Shown piece by piece: positions 9,374 through 18,383 of a stretch of DNA of 64,000 nt (within the stretch, counting starts at the first letter, position 1; each line of letters begins with the position of its first letter). The stretch spans positions 135,971-199,970 of the forward strand of contig JBMOPW010000016.1 in assembly GCA_049322915.1 (NCBI GenBank). The letters are read 5' to 3'. Under the pieces are notes generated by a model that searched no databases, was not told where the DNA came from, and saw only the letters and a program-made list of their open reading frames with translations. The DNA is from Candidatus Zhuqueibacterota bacterium. Its GTDB lineage: Bacteria > Zhuqueibacterota > Zhuqueibacteria > Thermofontimicrobiales > Thermofontimicrobiaceae. The position numbers and the translations under genes were made by a program.

Positions 9374-10504
9374 TTAATAGCCGGAGACCTTTTTAAGATA
9401 CGAGGAGTCCCCGGTCTCGAGAATCTCGATGATGATGGACTCCGTGGTTTTCCCGACGCCTTTGACGTGCTGGAGATTGCCCCGCAGCGAGGCAATCGGC
9501 TGCTTCAATTGGGACAGGGAATAGGCGGCAAAGCCGAACGGCGAAGTTCGGTTCTGAATTTTGCAATAGTAATCGATGTGTTCCAGCAGCACAACCACCA
9601 GATCGTTTTCGCTGAGCATGTCTTTGAACAGCGCCGCCGGCATGCGGACAGGGATGTTGCTATTTCGCGCCAGATTGAAAAAAGTCTGGTGAATGGAATT
9701 GTAATACTCAGGCCGGGCCTGGCCCCACGGATCACCGCCGGGATAGATATGCGCGTATTCAGCCTCGACCTGCGGGAAATGGCGACGGATCGTCTCGAGA
9801 AAAAACTGTTTCTGACGGCCATCTTTGAGGGTCATGCCGCTGAAAAGCACGTAATCGACTCCCACCTGTTTCGCTCGCTCCAGTACCTGTGACATGTGTT
9901 CCGGCGTATCGGTGATGAACGGGATCACCGGCATCAGAAACAGACCGCAGGGGATGCCGGCTTGCTTGATGCGCTCAATAGTCTCGAGACGCCGCTGCGG
10001 CGAAGGTACCCCTGGCTCGAATATCCCGCTGATCTTTTCATCGAGACTGGAGAAACTGAAATTGACGATCGCCCGGCTCTGCCGGTTTATTTTTTGAAGA
10101 ATGTCCAGATCCCGCTCAATCAGCGTCGACTTGGTCAGGATATGCGCAGGCAGATGGAATTCGAAAAGAAGCTCCAATGCCTGGCGCGTGAGTTTGTACC
10201 TGGCCTCGATGGGCTGATAGCTATCGCCCACACCGCCGCCAACCATCATATAGCATTTCTTCAGCGGGATCCGTTTGCGGGACGGGTCCAGTTCTCGCCG
10301 CAGCAGGCTCATGGCGTTGACTTTGACGGCCACGTCCTCGCCGAATTCGCCATCGACACTGTACTTCTCAGCGCGGCCATCGCAGTAGACGCAGTTGTGC
10401 GCACAGCCGCGGTAGAAATTCATGCCATAGCAGGAGAGAAACCACGAATCGATTTTTTTATGTTTTCGGAGAATCGATTTTGCTTCAATTTCATGAATAG
10501 TCAC
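9374..10504 (-). CDS. Radical SAM protein, SplB/Rv2578c-like, with C-terminal helix-hairpin-helix domain
   Basis: YRGCAHNCVYC (CxxxCxxC); DSYQPIE...TR..LE; ILTKS; FEPGVPSP..RL; tail VKGVGKTTESIIIEILETG. Confidence 0.85.
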   Translation of the reverse strand: MTIHEIEAKSILRKHKKIDSWFLSCYGMNFYRGCAHNCVYCDGRAEKYSVDGEFGEDVAVKVNAMSLLRRELDPSRKRIPLKKCYMMVGGGVGDSYQPIEARYKLTRQALELLFEFHLPAHILTKSTLIERDLDILQKINRQSRAIVNFSFSSLDEKISGIFEPGVPSPQRRLETIERIKQAGIPCGLFLMPVIPFITDTPEHMSQVLERAKQVGVDYVLFSGMTLKDGRQKQFFLETIRRHFPQVEAEYAHIYPGGDPWGQARPEYYNSIHQTFFNLARNSNIPVRMPAALFKDMLSENDLVVVLLEHIDYYCKIQNRTSPFGFAAYSLSQLKQPIASLRGNLQHVKGVGKTTESIIIEILETGDSSYLKKVSGY

Positions 10505-11312
10505 GGCGTCGGTGTACCCTCTTTTTATAGGTGTATTCGTCGACGTTCAGAATGTCCATCACGCGGATGGGTTCGGTTTTCACAAGATTGCGGCATGCGC
10601 GATAGGCGATCCAGTATGAATTTTTATCACCGCTCCCCACCAGTTCCCGGACGATATCGAAGACCGCTTGCGGCAGTCGCCGGGCTAAGTCGCTGAGGTT
10701 ATTGCCCACAGCCGTGCGGGGATACGGCGATGTTTCGCGGAACATCGTTCGCAGGATGCTGAGTGGATATTCCGGCTGCTTATAAAACCACTGGTTCTCC
10801 TGCACCGGCCGCAGTGATTCAGCCACGAATCGCCGCAGATGAGGGTCCTCTGAATCAGCCAGCCCGGTCAGAAAGTGGTGCATCTCGTCCGGGTATTTTT
10901 TGATCAGTTTCCGAAAAAACATCTGGGCGAATTCGCGCACGTCCCAGCTTTCAGAAGAGGCCGCAGATTCGAAGTAGGGCAGCACCGGGCGATAATCTTC
11001 TATGCCGCAGAATGAAATCAACCCCAGTGCAACACCGGCGTTCCAAAAATCAGCGCTCTGCCGGAACAGCGTCGTTGCGATGGGCAATATCGGCGCGTCA
11101 CTTTCAGCCAGTCGCCTGTAAAGAACATGGCTCATTGTTTTGATAGTATGAACCCGGCCGTAGGAAATGCGCTTGTTGTCCGGAATGGATTCGTAAAGCT
11201 GAATCAGCGTGGCCCTGATCGTCTCGTTCGCTGCCTGGAACTGGCCGGCGAGCAGCGGTTGAACGATGTCGGCTGCAATGGCAGTTTCAATTGCCGGGGT
11301 CAGCAGATTCAC
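10491..11312 (-). CDS. HEAT-repeat DNA alkylation repair (AlkD/AlkC-like) protein
   Basis: SWDVREFAQ, DPHLRRFVAESLRP, YPRTAVGNNLSDLAR; probable GTG start 11312 after AAGGA; 3' end overlaps the radical SAM start. Confidence 0.7.
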   Translation of the reverse strand: MNLLTPAIETAIAADIVQPLLAGQFQAANETIRATLIQLYESIPDNKRISYGRVHTIKTMSHVLYRRLAESDAPILPIATTLFRQSADFWNAGVALGLISFCGIEDYRPVLPYFESAASSESWDVREFAQMFFRKLIKKYPDEMHHFLTGLADSEDPHLRRFVAESLRPVQENQWFYKQPEYPLSILRTMFRETSPYPRTAVGNNLSDLARRLPQAVFDIVRELVGSGDKNSYWIAYRACRNLVKTEPIRVMDILNVDEYTYKKRVHRRRDYS

Positions 11313-11445
11313 GGGGTGTTCCTTCTGCAAAGTAAAAATCCAACTCGTGGCCTGCGGTCAACGGAATCCGGCTTCACATTGAACTGGAATTCCAGTTCAG
11401 ACAGAAAGCGACAGACGCAATGAGACGCGGGAGCCACGGATAATG

Positions 11446-11593
11446 GTAGCCGTTCACCGGTTCCGGGTTCAGCGTTCCCTGTTGGGGTTTTGGATATGGT
11501 TGCGCGAAACATTTTTTATGCTCAAATAGTCCGTCATCAACTGAAGGTTATCGTTTACCTTGAACCCTGAACGATGAGCCTGTGAACGGTTAC
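11446..11593. repeat. 32-bp imperfect inverted-repeat element
   Basis: GTAGCCGTTCACCGGTTCCGGGTTCAGCGTTC (11446-11477) vs GAACCCTGAACGATGAGCCTGTGAACGGTTAC (11562-11593); 25/32 complementary. Confidence 0.6.
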
Positions 11594-12085
11594 GATGAAT
11601 GGATTAAATGGCATTGGAAATATAGAAAATTATTTGGAAGAATTCAACAGATAAAATTGAACAAAGTAAACTTCCAAACAAGACATAGAACACGGATGAC
11701 GCGGATGTACACGGATTTGAATTTATTTCAAATTTAAACAAAGAGAGTATCAGATGATTCAATATAAGACTTCCTCACCATTTAAAGAGGCTCTCTATTT
11801 GATTCTGAAATCATTTTTCCGCAATAAAATCGTGAACAAAATTACGGTTTCCAGTTGGTAAAAATTCAGAAGTGGGCTGAATCCGAATCACCGGGTGCGC
11901 GGCTGAGTATGCTGCGGTGAAGAACTTTTTCGATGAGACCGTCGTTTCATTATTGCCCGTGACAGGCGCACGGTGAGCCATCCGAAACCAGGAAGCAGTT
12001 GGCAAATCACTGATGAATCGGGATTCCCGGCTGATTGCTCAATCGCCTGGCATGGTGTTTGGCTGAAGAATAACCCTGGAACCCA

Positions 12086-12874
12086 ATGATGAAAAAAGTC
12101 ATCTCCGCGAGCAGGCGAATTGATATGGTGGCATTCCAGCCTGACCAGTTTGTGAGTGTCCTAAATGAAAAATGCCCGCCCGATACCGTGCACACGCTGG
12201 TCATCTGGACGAAAAATCCTGAGAATTTATTCAGCTACAAACCATTAACTGAAAAAGTCCGGCAATACGATCAGTTATTTTTCCATTTCACCGTGACCGG
12301 CATGGGCGGCTCGTCGCTGGAGCCGCGCGTACCAGCGCCTGCCCGGATGATGCACCATTTGGAAAAGCTGGTGCAACTGGCCGGCCATCCGCGTCGAATC
12401 CGTTTTCGGTTCGATCCCATCGTTCATCTGATCATGCCCAACGGCAAGCGCTACACCAATCTGAACTGGTTCGAAAAATTCGCGCCGCGCATCCACGAGA
12501 CTGGCGTTCGCTATATTTCCATTAGCTGGATGTCCGTTTACAAAAAAGTAGCCTCGCGACTTCGGCGCGCCGGCATTCAGCCGGAAACAGTGTCGCCGTC
12601 GATGTGGCAGCACGATTACGACACGGTGATGAACATCAGAGAAAAGTACGGCTTCACCATCCACGGCTGCAGCGTGCCCAATATGCCGCGCTCCCGCTGC
12701 ATCGATGGATTTCTGCTGAGCGAACTGCACCCAAACCGGGAACCATGCTCCACGCGAAACGCCAAAGGTCAGCGCACGGATTGCGGCTGCACCGAAAGCC
12801 GGGACATCGGCTGGTATTACCAGTGCCGGCACGGCTGTCTGTATTGCTACGCGAACCCGGCCAGTATCGAGTGA
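12086..12874 (+). CDS. DUF1848 family protein
   Basis: VISASRRIDM, WTKNP, RFDPI, C-terminal QRTDCGCTESRDIGWYYQCRHGCLYCYANP. Confidence 0.85.
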   Translation: MMKKVISASRRIDMVAFQPDQFVSVLNEKCPPDTVHTLVIWTKNPENLFSYKPLTEKVRQYDQLFFHFTVTGMGGSSLEPRVPAPARMMHHLEKLVQLAGHPRRIRFRFDPIVHLIMPNGKRYTNLNWFEKFAPRIHETGVRYISISWMSVYKKVASRLRRAGIQPETVSPSMWQHDYDTVMNIREKYGFTIHGCSVPNMPRSRCIDGFLLSELHPNREPCSTRNAKGQRTDCGCTESRDIGWYYQCRHGCLYCYANPASIE

Positions 12875-13034
12875 TAGTTCGTCCGGGCATCGCGGATTTG
12901 GTGCCGGTTGTATTTCTTCCGTGCGCGGGGATTCGCGCTGCGGCCGATTGGCGACATCGCACGGCGTTTTGTTGGAGCAGCGCTCAGTCGTCCCTGTTCC
13001 TCGGCGGGAATGCCTGATGGGACAAAATTTTTTA

Positions 13035-13063
13035 TTGACTTTGATAAGTGATTTGTTTATATT
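13035..13063 (+). promoter_or_regulatory. sigma70-type promoter of tRNA-Val
   Basis: TTGACT-N17-TATATT, 16 nt upstream of the tRNA. Confidence 0.7.
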
Positions 13064-13079
13064 CAGGCACAAAAAAATA

Positions 13080-13153
13080 GGGCGATTAGCTCAGTTGGTT
13101 AGAGTGCCGGTCTCACATACCGGAGGTCACTGGTTCAATTCCAGTATCGCCCA
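13080..13153 (+). tRNA. tRNA-Val(CAC); 3' CCA not encoded
   Basis: Acceptor GGGCGAT/ATCGCCC, D-arm TAGCTCAGTTGGTTAGAGT, anticodon arm CCGGT-CTCACAT-ACCGG, T-arm ACTGG-TTCAATT-CCAGT. Confidence 0.96.
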
Positions 13154-13159
13154 CAACCG

Positions 13160-13197
13160 AAAGCCTCTCGAATTAAAACGGGAGGCTTTTTTATTTT
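13160..13197 (+). terminator. Rho-independent terminator after the tRNA
   Basis: AAAGCCTCTCG...CGGGAGGCTTT followed by a T tract. Confidence 0.8.
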
Positions 13198-13452
13198 GGG
13201 GACTTGGTTAGTATCCGACAAGTGTTTCTTTGACCTTTTTGGGCAGTATAAAAAACGCGGATGATCCACCAAACTGAAGCCGACCGCGCTGCACAAATGA
13301 TACCGATCGACAGTGAAATGAATCCGCTGAGATCAGCGTCATCCGTGCGGAACGTCCGCCATCTTTCAGGAGGGACATCCGCGTTCTATTCTTTTATGCT
13401 GATTCGTTCGGGCAAGTGATTTTATGGTGGAAAATGTAAGCCATACAGGATT

Positions 13453-14433
13453 TCATTGGCCATGCCGATTCGAACAAGAATCCGGCGCGGATGAATTCGC
13501 CTCAGCGGTCGATTCGCGAAATGGATTTTCCCGGGTGAAGTCCGGCAGATAGTGATCCTGACTCTCAAATTCCTGGATGAACGCATTTTCCAATCCGAGA
13601 TCGATCGCGTAGTCCACGATGGAATCGTACTCCTCCGGCGTCAGCGTTCGGTTGATATCAGGATAGTTGTGGGCGTTGTATTGCGGTGAATACTGGGACA
13701 TGATGCTGAGTTGAATGTCGGGCGAAATTGCGGCCAGCGTTTCGAGACAACGCCGGCTGTTTTCCAATTGGCCGGGCAAAATCAGATGCCGAACCAACAG
13801 ACCCTGCGTGGCAATCCCGTCCTCGTCGAGCATCAGGTGGCCGACCTGCGCCAGCATTTCTTCCAGCACGAAAGGGATGACCTGGCTGTAACTGTCCGCG
13901 CCGGAAAAACGCGCCGCGGCGTCATCGTCCATGTATTTGATATCCGGCAGAAAGATGTCCACCAATCCGCGGATTTGGCCGAGCGCATCGACGGAATCAT
14001 ATCCGTTGGAGTTATACACCACTGGAATCGCGAGGCCTTTCTTTCTGGCGGCGGCAATAGCGTCGGCCATGGGAAAGATCATGTGGGAGGGCGAGACAAA
14101 ATTGATATTGTGAGCGCCCTCAGATTGGAGCTGCAACATGACGGCGACCAGCGCATCGACCGACAACTCGCGGGGCTGGCTGTGTTGAAATTCCTGGCTG
14201 ATCTGGTAATTCTGGCAAAACACACAGCGCAGATTGCACCCGGCAAAGAAGATCGTACCTGACCCATTCGTGCCGGAGATGGGAGGCTCCTCGCCAAAAT
14301 GCAGCCCGGCATGAGAGACCAGAATGCCGGCGCCGATCCGGCAAAATCCCAATTCTCCGTCAATCCGATTCACCCGGCACAGCCGCGGACAGCTTTCACA
14401 ACGCTGCAATTGCTTTGTCAATGATCCGATCAT
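13453..14433 (-). CDS. PflX-like radical SAM Fe-S protein
   Basis: CESCPRLCRVNR..G..GFC; HFGEEPPISGTNGSGTIFFAGCNLRCVFCQNYQIS; GAHNINFVSP; LLVRHLILPG. Confidence 0.85.
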   Translation of the reverse strand: MIGSLTKQLQRCESCPRLCRVNRIDGELGFCRIGAGILVSHAGLHFGEEPPISGTNGSGTIFFAGCNLRCVFCQNYQISQEFQHSQPRELSVDALVAVMLQLQSEGAHNINFVSPSHMIFPMADAIAAARKKGLAIPVVYNSNGYDSVDALGQIRGLVDIFLPDIKYMDDDAAARFSGADSYSQVIPFVLEEMLAQVGHLMLDEDGIATQGLLVRHLILPGQLENSRRCLETLAAISPDIQLSIMSQYSPQYNAHNYPDINRTLTPEEYDSIVDYAIDLGLENAFIQEFESQDHYLPDFTRENPFRESTAEANSSAPDSCSNRHGQ

Positions 14434-14561
14434 ATCGCCAAGTCACGCATTTCATTCAATCTCTTATGTTGATTTTACGTTACCCGTCCCTCGCTGGCAG
14501 ATGCCTGAACCCAACCATGATGGGATCCCCTCTCCGGCCTATCGATGCGATGAAACAGAAC

Positions 14562-15569
14562 TCAACGACGCCCGATAGCCCAGTCGATTAAATGCAGGGC
14601 TGCCGGCCAATTCTCCTCAAAGGTCGGTTGAATTTCATCCTCCGGCAGTTCGAAACCGGGACTGCTGCTCGCCGGCCTCAGTTCGATTGTGAACGAGGGT
14701 GTGGAAAGCAGCGCGTACAGCCAGTCAGTCGTGTCGCCGCTGGAAAGGTACAGCGTGGATGCCTGACCCGGGCTGTAATATTTTCCATGCACCGCACGGA
14801 TTTTATCCGACAGCGCCACTGCCAGACCGTTCATCAGCGCCTTATCCGGGGCTGGCGAATTGGTGTAGCCCCACGGATAAAGAATGAGCTGACTGTAGCT
14901 GTGATAGCTGATGAGCGCGGTCGGTTTCTGCGCTTCTAAAAAATTCCGCACCGCCTGAGTCTCCGGCTCGGAAAACGGAGATGGCCCGCGATAGATATCG
15001 GAATAGGTATCCCCGGACGAACCCGGGCCGCCCCATTGATAGCTGTAATTTCGATTCAGATCGACGCCATAGGTGCCATCGCCGTTGTTGCGCCGATTCT
15101 TTCGCCACAGCCGGTCTGTAATGACGGAATGCTGATGCCCATCCGGATTGACCATGGGCACGATCCATATTTCCGAATTGGCGACCAACTGCGCCAGGGC
15201 AGCATCGGTGGCCTGCTGCTCAAGCAATTTTTTGGCGATCAAAAAAGGGATGTCCACGGAAATCCATTCCCGGGCATGGTGAGCGCCGAGTAAAATCACA
15301 ACAGGTTCGTCTTCATCCTGCTGCGCGTGATCACTTATTTTTATCGCCCAGAGTTGCCGATTTTCCAGAGATGGACCAAGCGAGGTTACCATAGCGTAAT
15401 CCGGATACTGGCCGGCCAGGGCGTGAAGGTCAGTATCGATTTCGGCGTACGTGTGGTACAATCCTGCGGTCGGATCCTGCGGCGTACCATTGTCGCAGAT
15501 GCTGCCCGATATCACCATTAAGCCGCCTGTCAGCAGAAGCAGGCGCAATGTCCATGTGAAAGTCTTCAT
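14562..15569 (-). CDS. M14 zinc carboxypeptidase (carboxypeptidase T-like), exported, without an in-cis prodomain
   Basis: HAREW, WRKNR, GVDLNRNY, FSEPET, SYHSY, FTIELR; the catalytic domain (YHTYAEI) starts right after the signal peptide. Confidence 0.92.
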   Translation of the reverse strand: MKTFTWTLRLLLLTGGLMVISGSICDNGTPQDPTAGLYHTYAEIDTDLHALAGQYPDYAMVTSLGPSLENRQLWAIKISDHAQQDEDEPVVILLGAHHAREWISVDIPFLIAKKLLEQQATDAALAQLVANSEIWIVPMVNPDGHQHSVITDRLWRKNRRNNGDGTYGVDLNRNYSYQWGGPGSSGDTYSDIYRGPSPFSEPETQAVRNFLEAQKPTALISYHSYSQLILYPWGYTNSPAPDKALMNGLAVALSDKIRAVHGKYYSPGQASTLYLSSGDTTDWLYALLSTPSFTIELRPASSSPGFELPEDEIQPTFEENWPAALHLIDWAIGRR

Positions 15570-16015
15570 GGCTGTTTTTCCTCCATCGGCTGCGCATTCG
15601 TTTCGATGATTGTGACGGTGAATCCTTCAGCCTTGAGGCGCTCGATATAAATATCAAAGGCGCGAGCGATCACTGTATCGCCTTTCACCTGCCAGAAGTC
15701 AATCCCGGTATTGATGATTTTTTGCACATCGCCGGAGTCCCGGGCAATGACGTAAATCAGCCGCTGCACCAGGTCTGATTCGGCTATCGGTGAAGACGGC
15801 AGAGAAAGCGCGCTGATCATACTGTCCGTTCGAATCACGACATAGTCCGGCTCCTGCACGATGATTTTCGCGCCGGCTTTCCGGAGTTGGTCGACTTGGT
15901 CCGGGTCGGAATAAGCCACTCTCCTCAATTCCGTTGTCTGCGCTTGTTGCGGTGGTTTCGAATTGCAGGTCGCCAGAAAAATCGCTGCCACAAGTATGAA
16001 GTAAAATTTAGCCAT
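15566..16015 (-). CDS. Lipoprotein resembling an M14 activation (pro) domain
   Basis: Lipobox FLAT-C; two repeated beta-alpha-beta-beta-like units; ATGA overlap with the peptidase. Confidence 0.6.
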   Translation of the reverse strand: MAKFYFILVAAIFLATCNSKPPQQAQTTELRRVAYSDPDQVDQLRKAGAKIIVQEPDYVVIRTDSMISALSLPSSPIAESDLVQRLIYVIARDSGDVQKIINTGIDFWQVKGDTVIARAFDIYIERLKAEGFTVTIIETNAQPMEEKQP

Positions 16016-16205
16016 CGTTGACTCCTTCTGTTTTGAGATTCATCCTGAAGGGTTATAACTGAGAAATCGGTTGTGGCGGAATGACTCCGCCGATAGTCAA
16101 TGAAAATTATACTGCCCCGCTGCTCATTATCCCGCGGTTCGGTCCCGGGTTCCTCTGTCGCTGTGAAAAAATTTCTGGGGTAACGCCGGACTTCTCCACC
16201 GGGAT

Positions 16206-17357
16206 TTATTGGAACGTAAGTCGCACATTCACGATTTCAGGAGAATTGCCAATGCGCACCGGCGGACCCCAGGTGCCGACGCCGCATGAAACGTAATAAT
16301 GGGTGTTCCCTTTTTTCAAATAGCCCATGCTGACTTCGTAGACAGCGCCGGTGATATAATTCAACGGCCATAATTGCCCGTGATGCGTATGCCCGGAAAT
16401 TTGGAGATCGACGCCATTGGCTTCGGCCTCGCTGAGCTGAAACGGTTGATGATCCATCAAAATGATCGGCAGATTTTTATCGACAGGAGCCAATAGCTCT
16501 GTCAGTGGCTTGCGGCCCTTGCCGGAAAAATGGTGAGCAGACCGATCCTCCCGACCGACGATGTAGACGCTGTTGGCGATGAGCGCGGCACTGTCCCGCA
16601 GCATCACGACCCGGTGTTTTCCCAGGTAATCGCTGGCAGCATCCACGCCGCCAATATACTCGTGGTTGCCGGTGATGGCGTAAACACCGTAACGCGACTG
16701 TATTTTCGTCAGCGCTTCTCCGAGGTTCTGTTTGACAACCGGCCCCAGATCTTCATCCACGATATCCCCTGAAAAGAGGACGATATCCGGTTGGAGCGAA
16801 TTGATAATGTTCACAATGGTGCAAAAGCGTTTCCGTCCGATGATGGTGCCCAAATGAATATCGGACGCAGCGACAATATTCAGCCCCTTGAAATTCGCCT
16901 GTTTGGGAATGACCAATTCGATGGTTTTAATTCGAGGGTGCAGGGCGTTGAGCAGTCCCAGAACGAGCAGCGCCAGCACCCCGGTGACAGAGGCAATCAG
17001 GGTGATTTGCTTTGCCCTGGCCATGTTTTTAATGAGCGATGGAAGAAATGGCAGCCAGAAATTGATGAGACGGACGAGGTCGACAAGGACGATGATGAAT
17101 AAAAAGTAGAGCATGGCCGCCAGCCAGAAAGAACCGATCCATACAAAAATATCACTGACAATACACAGGCAGACGCGTTCCATGAAGCGTCCGGCGATGA
17201 ACGAAAGAGCCAGGACGAGGAACACGATGAGGTAGGGTGTCCGCCATCTGGACTCTGCCGGCAAACACTGCCAGCCCCGGATGAAAATGTAGTAATTAAT
17301 CAGTCCGTAGATCAGGAAGAAGATGGTGAAAAAGATAATGAAGCTGATGGTTCTCAT
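16206..17357 (-). CDS. Membrane-anchored metallophosphoesterase (YkuE/YaeI-like)
   Basis: Several N-terminal TM helices; SDIHLG, GDIVD, GNHE, DHQP, SGHTHHGQ, GTWGPPVRIG. Confidence 0.9.
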   Translation of the reverse strand: MRTISFIIFFTIFFLIYGLINYYIFIRGWQCLPAESRWRTPYLIVFLVLALSFIAGRFMERVCLCIVSDIFVWIGSFWLAAMLYFLFIIVLVDLVRLINFWLPFLPSLIKNMARAKQITLIASVTGVLALLVLGLLNALHPRIKTIELVIPKQANFKGLNIVAASDIHLGTIIGRKRFCTIVNIINSLQPDIVLFSGDIVDEDLGPVVKQNLGEALTKIQSRYGVYAITGNHEYIGGVDAASDYLGKHRVVMLRDSAALIANSVYIVGREDRSAHHFSGKGRKPLTELLAPVDKNLPIILMDHQPFQLSEAEANGVDLQISGHTHHGQLWPLNYITGAVYEVSMGYLKKGNTHYYVSCGVGTWGPPVRIGNSPEIVNVRLTFQ

Positions 17358-17788
17358 GGGTTCAGACGGAATAGTAAAATTTTGGCGACTGAATGGAGAA
17401 TCGGCTCAGTGAGTTAAATGTCTCCAGTTCTTCGTTCGATAATATTTGGTTGAGGTCGCAGTCGCATTCTACACCCGGGATAGCCACTCCCGGTGATCTG
17501 CTGAATGTCGCGGTACAGGATGCTGCTGCAGCAATGCCCTGATTTGTCGCTCAAATTTTATGGGCTGCGTCGGTCATCTCCGTGAATTGCCGGCACGATG
17601 TCCGTAAAAACGTGTTAAATAATACACATATATTTTTACAAATGCAAGGCATTTATGCCCAGGCATTGCAATGAGATTCCGCTTGCATTTTTCAGGACAA
17701 TTTAATATATTTGTGCCCTTCGCGGCTGTGAATAATCTATTAAAAAATTTAGATGTTAACGTATGACTGACGTCATGGAGGTTAATGC

Positions 17789-18172
17789 ATGAGAATTAAA
17801 GTGAATAAGAGTGCCTGCACCGGGTGCCGGCTGTGTCGACAGATATGTGCGATTCACCATTTCAATGAAATTAACCCGAGAAAAGCAGCGCTCAGGATCG
17901 AAGCGAAATTCCCTGAGCCCGGTACGTTCCGTCCTCGAGTGTGCACACAATGTGGCAAGTGCGCTGAAGCCTGTCCTGAGAACGCGATCTACGAAAAAGA
18001 TGGCATTTATTTTATTGATGAGGACAAATGCACGCGCTGCCTGGTCTGTGTCGATGCCTGTCCGTTTGGCGTCATGTTCGTCCATGAGGATGTCAGCATT
18101 CCCATCAAATGCGATTATTGTTTCAAATGCACGGATCTGTGCAATACAGGTGCGATTGTCCGGGTGGATTAG
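17789..18172 (+). CDS. Multi-[4Fe-4S] ferredoxin-like subunit (AOR-associated)
   Basis: CTGCRLCRQIC, CTQCGKCAEACP, CTRCLVCVDACP, KCDYCFKCTDLC; RBS GGAGG. Confidence 0.9.
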   Translation: MRIKVNKSACTGCRLCRQICAIHHFNEINPRKAALRIEAKFPEPGTFRPRVCTQCGKCAEACPENAIYEKDGIYFIDEDKCTRCLVCVDACPFGVMFVHEDVSIPIKCDYCFKCTDLCNTGAIVRVD

Positions 18173-18383
18173 CACGGCATCGCATCGGATGATGCAAGAT
18201 GAATTCACTGAAGTGTATCAATTATCAGCCTGAATTTCTGGCCCATCGCGCGATGCCTTTGAGGATGAGTTCTGCAACAGTGCGATGCAGAGATGACATG
18301 AAACCTGCCTCCCTGCATGGTTACGATGGAAGCGTCAGGTGCGCTTGTGAAATTCAGATGATCACAAATAGAGGAGAAGCGTT

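Noticed and set aside
13080..13200. tRNA-Val as an integration site
   Set aside because: No duplicated tRNA 3' end or integrase seen in the window; the terminator is intact.
13453..14433. PflX-like radical SAM as the HypD activase
   Set aside because: Its motifs are PflX-family rather than glycyl-radical activase; it is 43 kb away and nothing links the two.
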